The notes: generated by a model from the letters alone, not told the origin. Shown: positions 1 to 12,580, numbered from the stretch's first letter. The stretch is 64,000 nt of DNA from Rhodosorus marinus CCMP1338 (GCA_029953675.1 JAMWBK010000001.1:558001-622000), one strand, 5' to 3'. Translations and numbers: made by a program.

Positions 1-201
1 TCCCCTCTGATGCAGCGCAAATGCCAGAGAGCTTCCGGAAACCCCACTGCCAACTACAAGGGTGTCAGCCTTCTTCACGTTGCTCCCATCCGTCGCGGCC
101 GCGCATACCACGACACCACCTCTCCACGAGCGACGACCATTCAACACCGGCCTAGGGGGACCCTTCAGGTCCAGCCCAACCGAGACCGTAAACCCAATCA
201 T
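1..201 (-). CDS. 5' end (runs off window) of a plastid-targeted FAD-dependent oxidoreductase, probably protoporphyrinogen oxidase (HemY/PPOX type)
   Basis: Not in the ORF track because there is no stop in the window. Manual translation from ATG at 201: MIGFTVSVGLDLKGPPRPVLNGRRSWRGGVVVCAAATDGSNVKKADTLVVGSGVSGSSLAFALHQRG. This is a transit-peptide-like N-terminus (early Phe) followed by a Rossmann GxGxxG motif resembling the algal PPO N-terminus. The specific enzyme identity is inference. Confidence 0.65.
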   Translation of the reverse strand, partial: MIGFTVSVGLDLKGPPRPVLNGRRSWRGGVVVCAAATDGSNVKKADTLVVGSGVSGSSLAFALHQRG

Positions 202-1199
202 CAGAAAACAACAAAAAACAACACAACGAAGCAGATCGCCCAACCGCCCGCCCCAACCCCACCCCACCCAGCTCACCCCTCAAAAAAAAAAAAAGGCTCG
301 TCACTAACCAAATCCTTACCTCCCAAGTATCAACGGACCCACAGAACAAAAAAAAAACTGTCACAGATTTACATATACATACTTGCTCATAGATCATAGA
401 CTTCCAATATCTCCAGTAGCACTCCAACCTCCCCATTATCAGGAATGCTATCAAACCCGCCTTCGCTCAGCCCGCATCACGATGTTCACGGCCATTTCGC
501 TCAGCCCTAGCATTGATAACAAACCATTTCTACCCCAGCATTAGTACACAATGGAATAAGTTGTAGTAATAAGAACTAGTACGTATTAGTACAGACGTGC
601 TCTGTTCGTTTAACTGTCATTCACCTCGAGATCATCATGTTCAAAAGTTTCGTCTATACAATATCCGTGGATGCTTCGGAATCAGTTGGAATCGAGGAAT
701 CGATCATTGTCTGATGATAATTTTTAGTGGGGGTGATGCTTAGAGGCCCATTTTGTCGCGATTGCCAGATTTTAAGGGGGGGTTGGGTTAGGAAATGGAT
801 TGCAATAAAAAGGATGATTATCGGGAACTTTAATGCGAGTGGTTGTGAACGAGTAGGGGGAGGTCCGGTTAGGTCCTGTTCATAATGACTGAGATAAGTC
901 ATTTTCAATTTGTTTGGTGAGTCACGTGCCCTTTGATCCGAAATATTTGCACCATTTACAGTTTAACCGTCCGATATCCTGTAGCGCGGAGAGCATGCAA
1001 AGGCAGCCTCGATTGCCACCTTCCGATTCTTTCTCGCATTTTCAGGAGTTTCCTTTGGGGGAGTGGCTCGCCCAGAGCTCGTCTCGCTCGATTACGCCCA
1101 AAAGTCTCTATCTTCTGCTTCCAATGCTTAAAGGCGGGGTACCCCTTCTCCCTACCTGAAAGGATCGGGGGCGACTGAACTGTCCTCATGTCGACCGTC

Positions 1200-1560
1200 G
1201 ACTTTACCCCCCCTAGCTTAATTGTCTATTAAACATTCTACTGGTCTGCCCGCAATAGATCCTGCTGCGGTAAGCGTGTTACCCCGTCGTCGCAGCTCGA
1301 CGGTGGGTGGGATGCTAGTTGTCTGACCCTTGGACGGCATCCCTCGTCCAGAGTCGCCTAGTTTTCCGCAACGCGGGATACCCGCTCTACCTCCGCCTGC
1401 AGATAGGCAAGCCGCTGTGGGCAGTCCTTTTGCAGGTGCCCTTCCTCGCGCCATCGGTAACATATCAGACGCCGTGTATAGGGTCCTTGTGACGTGGAGG
1501 GTGACCCCATGCTGCGCGCATGTGGTCGACGCGGTGACGCTGTGCGGGGCTTGCAGTTTT
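1200..1560 (-). mobile_element. Decayed Ty3/gypsy-type LTR retrotransposon gag-protease relic
   Basis: Minus strand 1462-1418 reads CYRWREEGHLQKDCP (CCHC knuckle with C>W and G>R changes). Gag ends GAA AAC TAG at 1360-1358. The -1 frame reads AAGSIAGRPVECLIDN*A, an aspartic protease LID(T/S)GA motif broken by a stop. Confidence 0.8.
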
Positions 1561-2300
1561 AACATGAGGCTCGTTAAATCGTCGCAAACTGACCAACAAT
1601 GGGGGAGACAGGGTGAGGGAAGGAGCAAATGTGACTGTTAAAGTAATAATGCTGCAAATACATGAGAACGCTTAAAAAACAAGGGACAAAGCTTTTCTTG
1701 GATATCCAGAATTTTCTCAGGGGAACGAAAAAAAAAGCTAATAATTTTATTCGAAATAGAGGATTGCTCATTGTCGTAGGACTGGAGACTTGTTTATTTT
1801 TATTTTTTTTCTGGCAACCAGCAGAGAGTTTGCTCTCAGCGTTTCCTAAGAGATCGCGATCGGATCCTCCTTTTTTTTTTCCGTTGAGAAGATGAGCAAG
1901 TCATTCATTTTGAGGCTTAGTTGTTAAGCTCAGCTGTTCAGCTTAGTTAGGGTTTGGATCGATGAGGATCAAGTGGATTGGGGTGGATGGATAAATGCCC
2001 TAGCCGGTGCTATTGAGAGACGAACGGGGGGGTGGTTTCCAGTTGTTTTGTCTTCTCTTTTTTTTGTCTTTTACCTTGTCAGAGTATGGAGGGAAGCTCG
2101 CTCGCTGCTCTAGGGGGTTTTTGAGAGATTTTGAGATGTTGAGAACAGGTTAAGAGGTGGTTTTGAGGTGGTTGGGTTTCGAGGGACACGAAGGATCGTA
2201 GATAAAGAGAGAGGAGAGCTATTTTCGGCTCTGGTGGATGTTGCTAGGAGTTTGTGGTCCTGTGGAAACCCTGCGTGTGGTCCGTGCGGCTATGCAGTGA

Positions 2301-4614
2301 ATGGAGTCGCAGAAGGGGATAGGTTTCGTTGGTTCATCCTTTCCTGCGAGAACGAATTTCTCGCGCGTGAGGAAGCGCACGCCATGTGGACCTCGGAAGG
2401 GATGTATTGTGGCGTCTGGTTCTACAGCGGCTGTGGTAGAATCGTCATGGAGTAAATCGCTGAGCTCGACGATTACTCACTTGGAAGCGAAGCTCGAGCA
2501 CGTTTTGAGTTGGAACCCGAGCTTCTCATTCACGATTCTTCTGGTTATGTTCGTGGGTGTACTTTGTGTTGGATGGGTTATGTACACGATCACGTCTCAG
2601 GGGCTAGATACAGGGAATGTTCGATGGGATCGCAGCTTCTGGCGAACTTGGGGCGCTCTTACGGAGACTTCGTACTACTCTGAGGATGAGAAGCCGACCT
2701 CTCTCTTTCTTCTTACATGTCTATCATTCCTGCATTTTGTCCTCTTTGCTTTTCTTATTGGATCTGTGACTGAGGGCGTAAGAATGAAGGTATCAGAGCT
2801 CGGTTCGGGTCACAGCCGAGTTGTAGACAGCAATCACGTCCTCGTGGTAGGATGGAACCGAAGTGTGTTCGAGTACTTGAGACAGCTTGCTCTTTACAAC
2901 GGCCTCACAAAGGAAAAAGTTCGGGTAAACCTCTTTCCCAAAACTGCGGAAGGCTTTTTCCTCCACCGGAAAAGGGTTTTTGCGTTCGCATAGGTGACAC
3001 GCATGGCCTGCTCCAATCTGATCCAAATCATACGAATCTTTTCAGGTTGTGTTGCTCTCTGAGAAGAACAAGAGCGAGGCTATCCATCTCCTACAAGAGG
3101 CTTTGGGCTCTGCAAGTCTGCGAAAACTTTCCCTCATTTGCCGTTCTGGGGACACGACAGATAGAAACGTTCTCGATCGGGTGGGTGTTCAGAGGGCAAA
3201 GCGAGTGGTAGTACTACGCTCCATGGGTGTGGATGCCTTCCAGCACAACAGTTTCTCTCTGAAGACGCTTCTGGCCGCAAAGAGCTTGGGTACAAAAGCT
3301 CAGTTCATTGTCGAATGTGCGGGAAAAGGTTGGAAGCCGCTCGGGAAATGCAGGCGGGGGATGAAGAGTGCTTCAGCTGACACACGCACGATCCTTCGTT
3401 TCTCCTATCTCTTAGACGACTGCAAGGTTCTTCGGAGTGCTGACAAGAACGCCATCATCGTGAACTTTGAAGATGCTGTGAGCAGAGTCGCGGCCAAAGA
3501 AGCTGCCCAACCACCGGGATTCCACAATGTGCTCGAGGAGGTTCTGTCGTACGAAGGAGCGGAGTTCCATGTTATGCAATATCCAGAGGTCGTCGGAATG
3601 GACTTTTTGACCGCACAGCGGCACTTCCCCTCGGCAGTGCTAGCAGGGCTGGTTTGTCAGGATGGTCATATTTCCCTCTGTCCGGATACGGATCGCATTA
3701 TCGAAGCCAATGATCGGCTTCTCTTCTTCTCAGAGGATAGGCTTGTGCAATATGAAAAGCGCGTAGCTGCTATCCCGCACCTCCTCGAAGCGAAGCCTGG
3801 CTTTTTTGAACCCATCTCCGAAGAAAAGCAAAAGATTCTGATTGTCGGTTGGCGAAGCGGAATGAGGAATTTGCTTGACTACGTTAACCTTCGGTCGCCG
3901 AGGGGCTCTACCGTTACCATCTTCTCATCTGAGCCTGTTCACTCCAGAGAACAGCAGCTCGTAGATGAGGGACGGAGTTCCAACTTACGCTTTCCCAATA
4001 TACGGGTCGAACACGTAGTAGGTGATCACACTTCTCCGTCGACGGTCGAAAAGCTGCTGCATCACTACCCAAGGTTCAACGCAGGGTTATTGCTAATGGG
4101 CGACAAGGCGATGGCTTCGCAGGAGGACGCGAGGTATGCGGACTCGGTTGCTCTACGGGTTATGACGATCATGAGGTCAGCTCTGAGCGATAAGGTCGAT
4201 AAGCTGCTCGTAGAAGTGCTCCAACGAGAGACTGGGATGGATATCGCCCAGCGAGACAAGCTTCACATTTACCCGATCTCGCTCGTTGACACGTTCGCGA
4301 GGATCATGGCTCAAGCCAGCCTCCAACCGCACCTGCACTACTTCCTCCTTGAACTGCTGACCCAGCCACACGAGCAGGGAATTGGACTGGAAAGCAAATC
4401 CGACTATTTCGACGTGCACGCTCCGCGGGAGGAAAGCACGAGCTTCTGGGAACTCTCCAACGTTGGCGCTCAACGCGGCCGTGTGCTGATAGGATACAAG
4501 TTTGAGGATGGCCGCACGGAGCTGAACCCACCGGACAAGAACAAGGCCATAGATCTGTCAAGAATAGACTCATTCGTTACCCTTTCCCCACTAACGGCAT
4601 CCATTCGGCACTAA
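2301..4614 (+). CDS. CASTOR/POLLUX/PEC-family cation channel (2 TM + pore, RCK domains), probably plastid-targeted
   Basis: Two hydrophobic helices flank FWRTWGALTETSYY, followed by HVLVVGWN, ICRSG, AQPPGFHNVLEEVLSYEGAEFH and KILIVGWR, all typical of this family. Introns at 2925-3045 and probably 3329-3415. N-terminus MESQKGIGFVGSSF is transit-peptide-like. Confidence 0.88.
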
Positions 4615-4993
4615 AACACAGAGTGAACGACAACTGGCGTTCGGTTCAGACTTGGGAATGAACACTGCGCTCGACTGGTAGGAGCACAAAACAAATTTGT
4701 CATCTGAGTGGCACCACGTTAGAAGCAGGATTTGTTAGTATACAAACGACGAGCAATTCGCACAACAGCTTCGGAGCGGGTTTTCCTATCATCGAATGGC
4801 AATCACATAACCTGCAACTCCGCCACCACGTGCTACAACCGGTCTCATTGTCGCATGCACCAGGTAGCTATTCAGATACCCGTCACCGCTTGTAGTTTCC
4901 GCCCTCAAACGAAGAACCCATCATCATTAAGGTTAGAATAGAACCCACTAAAAAGAACAGAAAAGTAAGTCTTGGGTTTTCTTTCAGCTTCAG

Positions 4994-5015
4994 CACACAC
5001 ACACACACACACACA
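4994..5015. repeat. (CA)11 microsatellite
   Basis: Directly visible. Confidence 0.95.
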
Positions 5016-5250
5016 ACGCTTTCCGGAATAAATATCGCCTATTGCAACCGGGCATCCAACTGTGCCGTTTTCATGGCTTTTTCTGATCGATTGGGCAGGA
5101 CGTGGCTGCAGACAGAAACTGACACGCTTAGCTCCCAGATGGTCTGGCGAACTACGCAAAGGATAAAAACGCAGCAAAGTTACTCACATGTTGGGCCGCT
5201 GGTCGTGCGCAGGAGGTACACTGTACAATAAACAACCGGAGGCTCATGCT

Positions 5251-5290
5251 GAATACTTGCGAACACGTGCGAACACGTGCGAACACGCGA
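5251..5290. repeat. 10-bp tandem repeat GAACACGTGC x4 (G-box containing)
   Basis: gaatacttgc gaacacgtgc gaacacgtgc gaacacgcga. The 18-mer aacacgtgcgaacacgcg recurs at 5994-6011. Confidence 0.9.
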
Positions 5291-8221
5291 CCGAAGCGCT
5301 GCTGCGTTCGACTTCATATTTGGAAGGGACCAGATTGCGATTTTGCGAATCTTTCTTCGAATAAACCTAATCATTCACCACTCGACTCTTGGAAAGTTTA
5401 GAGCATATCACTACAACGTGTTGTAGCGTGGAGTTTGTGAGGTCCACAAAACAAAACAAGGAGCGACCCGTACTGCGCACACTCCTTTGGTGAAAGTTTT
5501 TTCTCTCATTGGAAAGGCTGGGTTCCTTGGACCGCCAACTATGCCCTCAAACCCAAACTCACTGCCGCGTTGTACATGTGTTCTCATCGTCGCGTGTATC
5601 AGAATGCGAAACACAATCAGAGATGTTCACACCGCTTTGGAGGCTTCACCTTCGGCGCTCAGTCCGTAGTAGCCGATCATCGTGAAAACGAGAGTAGAAA
5701 TCAACTGAAAAGAACAGAAACGCACTTTGTCAGGTTTTTTCTAACTGCTTCATGGCAAATGAGCCCGTCCAGGAAAATATCTAGCAGCATCCAAAGTGTG
5801 GCGTCTTCAAGCTGTTGTGCGTGGTTGTAATCAGAACAAGCCACAGGATAAAAGTGATGCACAAAAACGGACTTTTTTGGGGAGAGAAAAACTGAGCTGA
5901 GGATAAAAAAAAGGTGGAAATATTATTCCCCTTTTGAACCCAATTCCTGTTGTCGATTCTCATTGTTTACACCGAGAGTCAAGGCTCGTGTTCAACACGT
6001 GCGAACACGCGTCCGTTGTGTTTGTAGCCTAAGGTGAGTGTAACGTGGAAAGTGTAAAGTGTAAGGTGAGGGCTGCTCTGCAGGCGAATGTGCTCCTAGT
6101 AAATCTTTGATAGGGAAACTGAGGTGAAGGTATCCAGGATGGGGCCTGGGAGTGGTTTGGTTTTAGATGCATTTTCCAACTAATTTCTGTTGACAACAGA
6201 CTTATGCGACGCAGCCAAGTCGAACACTTCGCGCGAGCCCGAAGTGGCGGATGAGGTTAGCCGGAATTATTTTTTAAAAAGCAATATACGTTTTGTACGG
6301 CTAGAGAGGCCCGCGGACGGGACACGCCAAGTAGATAGAGGAGACCCTCGTTCATATTTGGTAATTTTTGTGAGGATGCTACTTTGGGACAACTTGATTG
6401 AGCCACGTTAGCCTACGGTTGCGGGTCAAAGTCTATTTTCGGATAACCCGCTTTCAGAGGAGAAGACAAAAACTGCTCCGCATGATGCTCCGCGGGCAAG
6501 CATGATAAATTACGCCCCAGTCTCGGAGAATCGCAGACGTCAATTCTGTCTTGTACCCGCCCCCGGCAACAGCCGTCTCCAGAAAGTGCGCAAAGGCATC
6601 AACCTCACCCCCGAACCTCGACGTCAGCGATACTGATTGTTCAGCTTTTCCATTTCTGTTTTCCTTTAAGAAAGCGAGGGAAACGAAGGGGAACCTCTAT
6701 CCTAACGCAAAAAATCTACTATAGTATTAGCCGAAAAAATTCCTTTCGTACAGGCGCCATAAAATGTCTGCATTTCCCCCCCAATCAATATAACTCTACA
6801 CTAGTTTATTTTGTAACAAAACGATTCGCCTGGTTCCTCTGCGCAACGACGTAATTGATCTCCCAAATTTCTCCAACACCGGGAATTGATTGTTGGGTTT
6901 TCTAGAGAGGGCAGTTTTGGAAACCTGGATTTCAACATCCCGAACTGACTTGGATGGACAACGGACAGCTATTGTAGCCACCTTGCAACAAGAACGTAGC
7001 TCACCTGGCTGATTGATTGGGGGGATTTCGAAAAAAGGGAGAGAGTCATGTTTCTTTTTGGAAAGTATTGAAAACTGTTGAAAAAGTATCGCCTGCCTTT
7101 GGATTTTCTTTTCCAGGAACCGGAGCGGACTAGCACGGAGACCGTCCAAGACGCTCAGGGGGTTGTCTCCAGCGTGGAAGACCTATCAGTTCTGCTCCGC
7201 TTAGATTATGGATCTAGTTGATCTAAGCTAATTCTAAAATCTCATATTTTGCATTCCTAGCCGGATGGCTTGTATCCAATAGAAATAGCTTTGGAAAATG
7301 GATGAAGGTTTAGGTCAATAGAACTGAAATAGTACGCGGAATAATGGAGTAGTTGCCATGCGCTGCGAGAGCACTGCAATTTTTGAGTTGATGAAACCTA
7401 GGGGCTTGAGCAAATATCCGACGGGTTGGTGTCAAAGTAAAACTCGGTATCATTTTTTTGGTATTATATCGCTTCCTTCAAAAATAATGCAGTTGTGCTC
7501 ACTTTCTAGCTGAGTATATTTCAACCCTTTTCATTCTTTTCTACGAACCCTTCAATTCAACCTCAACTAAGTCGACCGGATCTACGTATTAACGAAATAA
7601 GAAACAAGAATTTTCTCTATCGCGGGTTGAGGACAGGAAGTAAATTGGGGCCTGGATCCGTCGAGAAATAGTAGCTCACACCCTCGGCGCCAGTTACCAG
7701 TACCGAGGGAAGGGGGGGTATATCCACTTCTGTTTTGGGAACAGTATTTTACAAGAATTCGAAATACAAGTTATGGAGCCAAGGGAGTGTGAGAGTCACA
7801 ACGAAAAAGGGATTTTTCCGGGCTTTTGCTCGATCTGCGGCTGGTGAACAAATTGTATTTCTTTTCAGGATTCAGTGCTCTCCAAGTTTCGAATAGCATT
7901 CGTTGATTTGGCTCATATTTTTTAGGATTTTGTGGGGACTTCTTTTTATTTTGGGGCAGGAGGGGGCTGAGGGCGAGAGATTGAATTTTACAAATCTTCC
8001 TCCACAGCTCCAAAGCAACGGAGAACAACGCAATTTCGCCTGATCCTCGGAGCTGAAATATATAAACAAACTGGAATACTCCCAATCCAATCAGGTCGTC
8101 ATGCGCGCACATCCAATCAAAACAGCTAGAATTAAGAGGTGTGTTGAGGATCTCAATGTTTGAAAAATAATTCATCTGCGTTAGCAGAGGACTCACCGTC
8201 GTACGGTGAGTCCTCCTACGT

Positions 8222-8514
8222 CGGACGGGTGCCCGCCCAACGGAAACGGGGAGCGTCGGCACGGCGCTATTGCCAAAAAATATCTCAGAATCAATCTAAA
8301 TTTGCTATTCCCGCATAAGTGAAGACCTCGCCAAATGAATTTTAATAGTATTGTGCGCACTCCATGCGGACGGGTGCCCGACCAACGGAAACGGGGAGCG
8401 TCGGCACGGCGCTATTGCTAAAAAATATCTCAGAATCAATCTAAATTTGCTATTCCCGCATAAGTGAAGACCTCGCCAAATGAATTTTAATAGTATTGTG
8501 CACACTCCATGCGG
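8222..8514. repeat. 145-bp tandem duplication (2 near-identical copies plus a short partial)
   Basis: Copies at 8222-8366 and 8367-8511 differ at only a few bases. gaatcaatctaaatttg recurs at 8557-8573. Confidence 0.95.
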
Positions 8515-10049
8515 TGCTTGAGTGACCGTGGAGTTGGGGCTTGTCAAGGTGTGTCCGAATCAATCTAAATTTGATATTCGAGCATCACGGAAAACGTCTA
8601 CCAAGGAAACAAATAGTAGAATAGCAGGAAAGATTGGAGTGTGTTCTGCACACTCCAATCTTTCCTGCTATTCTCTTCCACACTCACATTCCAAAAGCAG
8701 AGGAGGACTTCGTCCTCTTCTTCTCCCGTTGCTTCAGCGTCGCTTTCAGAAGATCTACAAAAAATAATAAATGTCGCTCGTCGAGAACCAAAGGAGTTAA
8801 TTCGAACTAAATGCGAGCAGGAGAAAACACACGCATATAATAGGACAAAACAAAAAGTGCTATTGCATTATTGAGATTACTAGAACTGCATTGTAAGAAG
8901 GAAATAATTGCTCTAATTAATGCAGCAGATTCTGCTTATTTTAACGCTGCAGCTGCCACATTCAGTTTGCGAAAATAAATCCGAGACCTTCGTAAAGGAA
9001 TGCCTTGAATCCGCAAACTGAGAGTCCTTTTTCTACGTCCGCAACTGGCCACCCCAAATTCCAACTCGCAACGAATGCCACTCATTTCCCTTCTATTTAC
9101 TAACGTTCTCTGATGCTTCAATGCCAAAATCCCACTACTTGCGCAGAATAGGGATGGTGCCTTTAACCGACAATGGAGAATCCTTTTTCTACGTTCTCAG
9201 CTCATCTGCTTTCCAACCGGCGACAGACCCTTTACCCCTGTTCTCTTATATTGCAGTCCCAAATTTCCTACTATCGCGCAATATCGACCAAGATTTGTGA
9301 TCCCGAAGAGGCCTGGCTCCCCACGTGTAAGCAATTGGCCAATTAGAATCCAGTTCACAAAGAGAAATGATCATGATTCAATATCTGCGCAGGACAGGAT
9401 TGATTATTGGATTTTTTTATCGGCCTGATGGGATCGGACCAGCAATCAGACTAGTTTTTTGACTAATTGCCAATAGACGAAGTCAAATTTCTAACGTGTT
9501 TCAATACTCTCACAACGAAACATTTTATAGGAAGGTCTATGACAAACCTAAATCTGCCGATTCATGTGTGGGATAATTTTTTTTTGTTTTCAAAGAGCAC
9601 TTCCTCGGTTTTCCAGAAACCCCAGGCCATGTCCATTATTGCTCGACTACTACCTATACGGCTAAATCATGTCGGACCCCCTAACTTTTAATCTGCGCGA
9701 AAGACTTTGATCTTGGGTCATGTCAGTCTAAAGTTCTCCTCTCTGCCTTAGATAGGCACGAGGCAAAAAAGTCTTGGTATCTCTGCCCGAGCGTGGGCCT
9801 TGTCTAGTATCCTCGTACACATCCATGCCTCTAAAACGCACACATTTGCTGGTGATTGAAACTCTAGCTCGGCTCGAGGATGTCAAAGCCTTAACCTAAG
9901 AAATCCGCTGCGGGCAAGGCCGAGGACTGTCTCGGATGCGGTGAGGGCACTAAAGGGAGGGTACTGGTACCCCTATTTTTGTGTAGAACATTCTTGTCCC
10001 TCTATGTCAACATGCGACCACGTTGAAAATTGATTCGCGTAAAATGGAA

Positions 10050-10680
10050 ATCAGTAGGCCTCGGCATTAAAGCAGAGGCGTAGGCAAACTCTTGGACCGG
10101 CTGATTTTACTTTTTTCTTGGGGGGACCGCCCATACTGGCAGGGTTGGAAATTCGTACTACATGGGTACACAAGCTGGTTGCACGTAGATGCTAATTATT
10201 GTTGTGGTCGGAGGCAATAACTGACCTCATCTGTAAAAATAAAGAGAAACAAATATGGGTGCAGAGTTCTTGGCATGTCGACTCCTTGAATGTCTTGATT
10301 AAAGTCCTTTGTCGGCGTAATCAAGGACATACTTCCATAAATTGTCGTCCGTAGCTCACCTTAAAATAGACGTCAACTGAGCAAGAACAAATCTGGAAAA
10401 TCGCGTGCTGTTGTACTATTGGACTCCACCCGGAAATCTCGAATACTGAGTATCTTTGGGATCCTCGAAGTTCCGTAAGTTTCTTTCATAATAACAAAAG
10501 TAGATACGCTCGCCGTGTCGTCGAAAGCTGTATCCTTTGAGCCCTAAAACTTGAAATGCCCAAATATTTCAAGGGTAAATCTCGGGCTCCTCCCGGCTTG
10601 GCGAGGGGGGGTAGTATCGCTCTCGGCGTCTGCAACAAAAGAATAACAGCATTGAACAAATAAACAAATTTCAAGTGTGA
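10050..10680 (-). mobile_element. Possible highly decayed Ty1/copia RT/RNase H relic
   Basis: Minus strand RDLPLKYLGISSFRAQRIQLSTTRRAYLLLL resembles the copia RT pattern KDLGELKYFLGI...I.LSQ.KY. It is followed in the expected order by LWKYVLDYADKGL and GGP..KKK..V.L..AEAY. The frames are broken. Confidence 0.4.
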
Positions 10681-12278
10681 AACCTCCCTTTGCGACTGGG
10701 AGAGGAGGTTATGAAGGCCTCATACATAATAAAAACTTATCGTTTTTTGATAGTGTTCGACCACCACAAGTAGCGGGGGAGAAACAAATGTTCTTTCATT
10801 CACCGTTGAAACCGTGCAAGGACGAACAAGCACATGTTGCGTTTTCTGCCATCCCGAAACACTCCCCCCCCAAAAAGGTCACTTGCCATCAACTTACGAA
10901 GAAAAAAAGGTTCACCTAGAATCAGCCAAGCCATTGGCCCAATGCTAAGGATCTGCCTAGTTCTCCCGCAAGTTCCGCTCTTTTTTTTTGCAAAAGTAGT
11001 CAAGTTTTGTTTTTTAAACTAATTCCAGTTGTCGGTTTTCCAATCTTTGTGGGGGCTCGTGATCGTCGCGTGTTGGCACGTGCCGGCCGGCGCCTGCTCC
11101 ATTCCTAGTTTTGCCATAAAAATAAAGATTCTAAAAAGCCACTCATAGCTCATGCATATATTTTCTTATTTGAAGACGTTTGGCGAACGTTTGGCGAATC
11201 AGCTTCTTGAATATGGATACGAAAAAGAGCATATTGACGATCGACACGTTTCTCACTGATATCCGCGTTGAAACTACAGAATTCGAGATTCTCCACAAAT
11301 ATGCGAAAACATCACTTTCACGACGCTGACAGGGCGATTCTCTATCCTGTAATTCGAATAAATAAAGCTGCATTTCTTTGACAAGTCATTTTAAAAAATT
11401 CAGAAAACAATACGCGGAGGAAGAGTATACATGGTCGCTCAGTTATACTTTCCTTAACTTTGCGCTCGGGCATATATCTGTTTAACTCTTTAGAGCGGAC
11501 CCGGCCCTACAAGAGAACAATTGGATTGTCGTAAGCAAAGAATTGTGGAACTAAAAGCAACTATTTCAACAAATTTTGAAGGGGTCCTTCTACCCCTAAC
11601 TGACGGGACAGAAAAGAGGTTTTCTTTCGATTCGCCTACATGGCAAGCCACGATTCTTTCTTCATCACCAAACGCTGCCACCCTCCCCCCCCTTCCTCTT
11701 GCTCCACCGAAACATGTTTTCTCATTTTGAGTGAAAATAAAAACAACAGATTTTGTGGGTGTGTTTGTGCGGCCCTTTTTTGGCTTTGAGCTTCATGAAG
11801 TTTTCCTACTTTCCACGAAAAGTTTTGAAATTTGAAAGAACAACCCCTCAGCAATTATGCATGATGTGCTACTTTTACCAAGGAGGAGCGAGGGAAGAGG
11901 GCGAGGCCAGGGGGGTGGGAACAAACTCAGAAAAGGGGAAAAATAGGCCTCATCCCCCCCCCCCCTCGGCAAGATCAAGCTTCATTCAAGAAATTGAAAT
12001 TGAAGTCAAAATTTTCTGGAATTAGCCCACCGAGATGACATCCTGAACGCCCGCTGTGATTGGTTCTTTAGGACTGATCACTATCAATCCTGATTACTGT
12101 TGAAAACCGAAGAGTTTGCATTGCTTGCGTATTGGCCAACGCGAGGGAGGTTCAGGTACATTGTGCCTTTCAATTTTCTTCCTTTCGAATAATTTATTAT
12201 GGAAATTTAGTATTTGGTTAGGCTTTCCTAGGGTATTGGTACGAAGAAAAAAAAATCGACTTCCGTTTTTTTCTGCAA

Positions 12279-12382
12279 GGGTCTCTCTCTCCCAGTCCGA
12301 GCTATCGAGGACCCGCTTTCTAACTTTGATTTCATCGGGGTCTCTCCCCAGCCAGCGAGGACCCGCCTTCTAACTTTCATCG
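12279..12382. repeat. Degenerate ~55-bp tandem duplication about 200-300 bp upstream of the C2H2 gene
   Basis: Two copies of gggtctct...cgaggacccgc(t/c)ttctaacttt...catcg (cores at 12306-12327 and 12356-12377). Confidence 0.85.
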
Positions 12383-12580
12383 TGCGACAAAACGGATTTC
12401 GGAGGTGAGCATATATACAGTAAAGCCCTGATTCTTCCGGGGGCAGGAGGGTCCGCACTCTCGCACCTGATGGGCATTGGCGGAAGGCTGTAACGGAGAA
12501 AGTGTAGGGAGCGAGGTGAGGGAGGTTTGGGAAAAGAGGTTGTAGAGCTTGTTTTTTGAGTTATAAAACACCGTGGAAAT

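Noticed and set aside
7771-8262. 163-aa minus-strand ORF with CAHDDL resembling the RT YxDD motif
   Set aside because: Lacks the Tyr and all other RT motifs, starts at a non-ATG codon, and overlaps the 145-bp duplication.
9467-9900. RSMTNLNLPIHVW as a copia integrase fragment on the plus strand
   Set aside because: Spacing to the expected PQQNG motif is wrong and the orientation conflicts with the adjacent minus-strand RT-like relic; too weak to call.
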